Source: Scyliorhinus canicula (lineage: Eukaryota). From it: 64,000 bases of DNA. The notes beneath the pieces are model-generated. The model searched no databases, was not told the DNA's origin, and worked only from the letters and a program-made list of their open reading frames with translations. Below are positions 63,850 through 64,000 of this stretch, one piece after another. Position numbers and translations under genes: made by a program. Positions within the stretch are counted from its first letter, which is position 1. The number at the start of each line of letters is the position of its first letter. The DNA lies in assembly GCF_902713615.1 (NCBI RefSeq), contig NC_052159.1, forward strand, positions 103,407,877 to 103,471,876, written 5' to 3'.

Positions 63850-64000
63850 TAGGTCGTGGCAGACATCTGCAACGTCATGGAAGCAGACCTTTTCCCAAGA
63901 GAGCCAAGTAGCCCTGCAATACCAGTGACTGTCGAGGCCCTGAATTTCTTTGTCCCTGGCTCCTTCCAGGGATCTGCTGGAATTTCACAGCAATCTGCCT
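63850..64000 (+). pseudogene. Harbinger (HARBI1-like) transposase remnant running off the window
   Basis: VVADICNVMEADLFPREPSSPAIPVTVEALNFFVPGSFQGSAGISQQSA fits the 'ALNFFASGSFQ..G....ISQ' motif. A Q/E-rich N-terminal piece lies at about 63205-63336. Confidence 0.75.

Overview
Eukaryotic, vertebrate-type DNA. The repeat families present (HE1/V-SINE-like SINEs, a Deu-SINE, CR1, Rex1, L1, L2, GC-rich Harbinger MITEs) suggest a cartilaginous fish such as a catshark; this is inference. The window is intergenic or intronic, and I could not support any host protein-coding exon. The only clear host gene is a perfect tRNA-His(GTG) at 7061-7132. The rest is a layered transposon landscape: two internally deleted Gypsy LTR elements with TSDs, about 9 solo LTRs, a nested Deu-SINE>CR1>(SINE, Rex1) stack, a young 5'-truncated L1 with a 15-bp TSD, about 14 tRNA-derived SINEs with several different 3' tails, and a PIF/Harbinger system (MITEs with 3-bp TSDs plus decayed transposase and Myb/SANT ORFs). 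There are also hAT and Penelope-like remnants and TE-free blocks that look like conserved non-coding elements (about 59.5-61.2 kb). I found no convincing wholly new system. The best leads are extended Harbinger target-site specificity, locally templated insertions, a tRNA-SINE juxtaposition without a canonical terminator, CTCF-like motifs in several LTR families, and a decayed hammerhead. Family names come from recalled motifs, not database searches, and coordinates of decayed elements are approximate.
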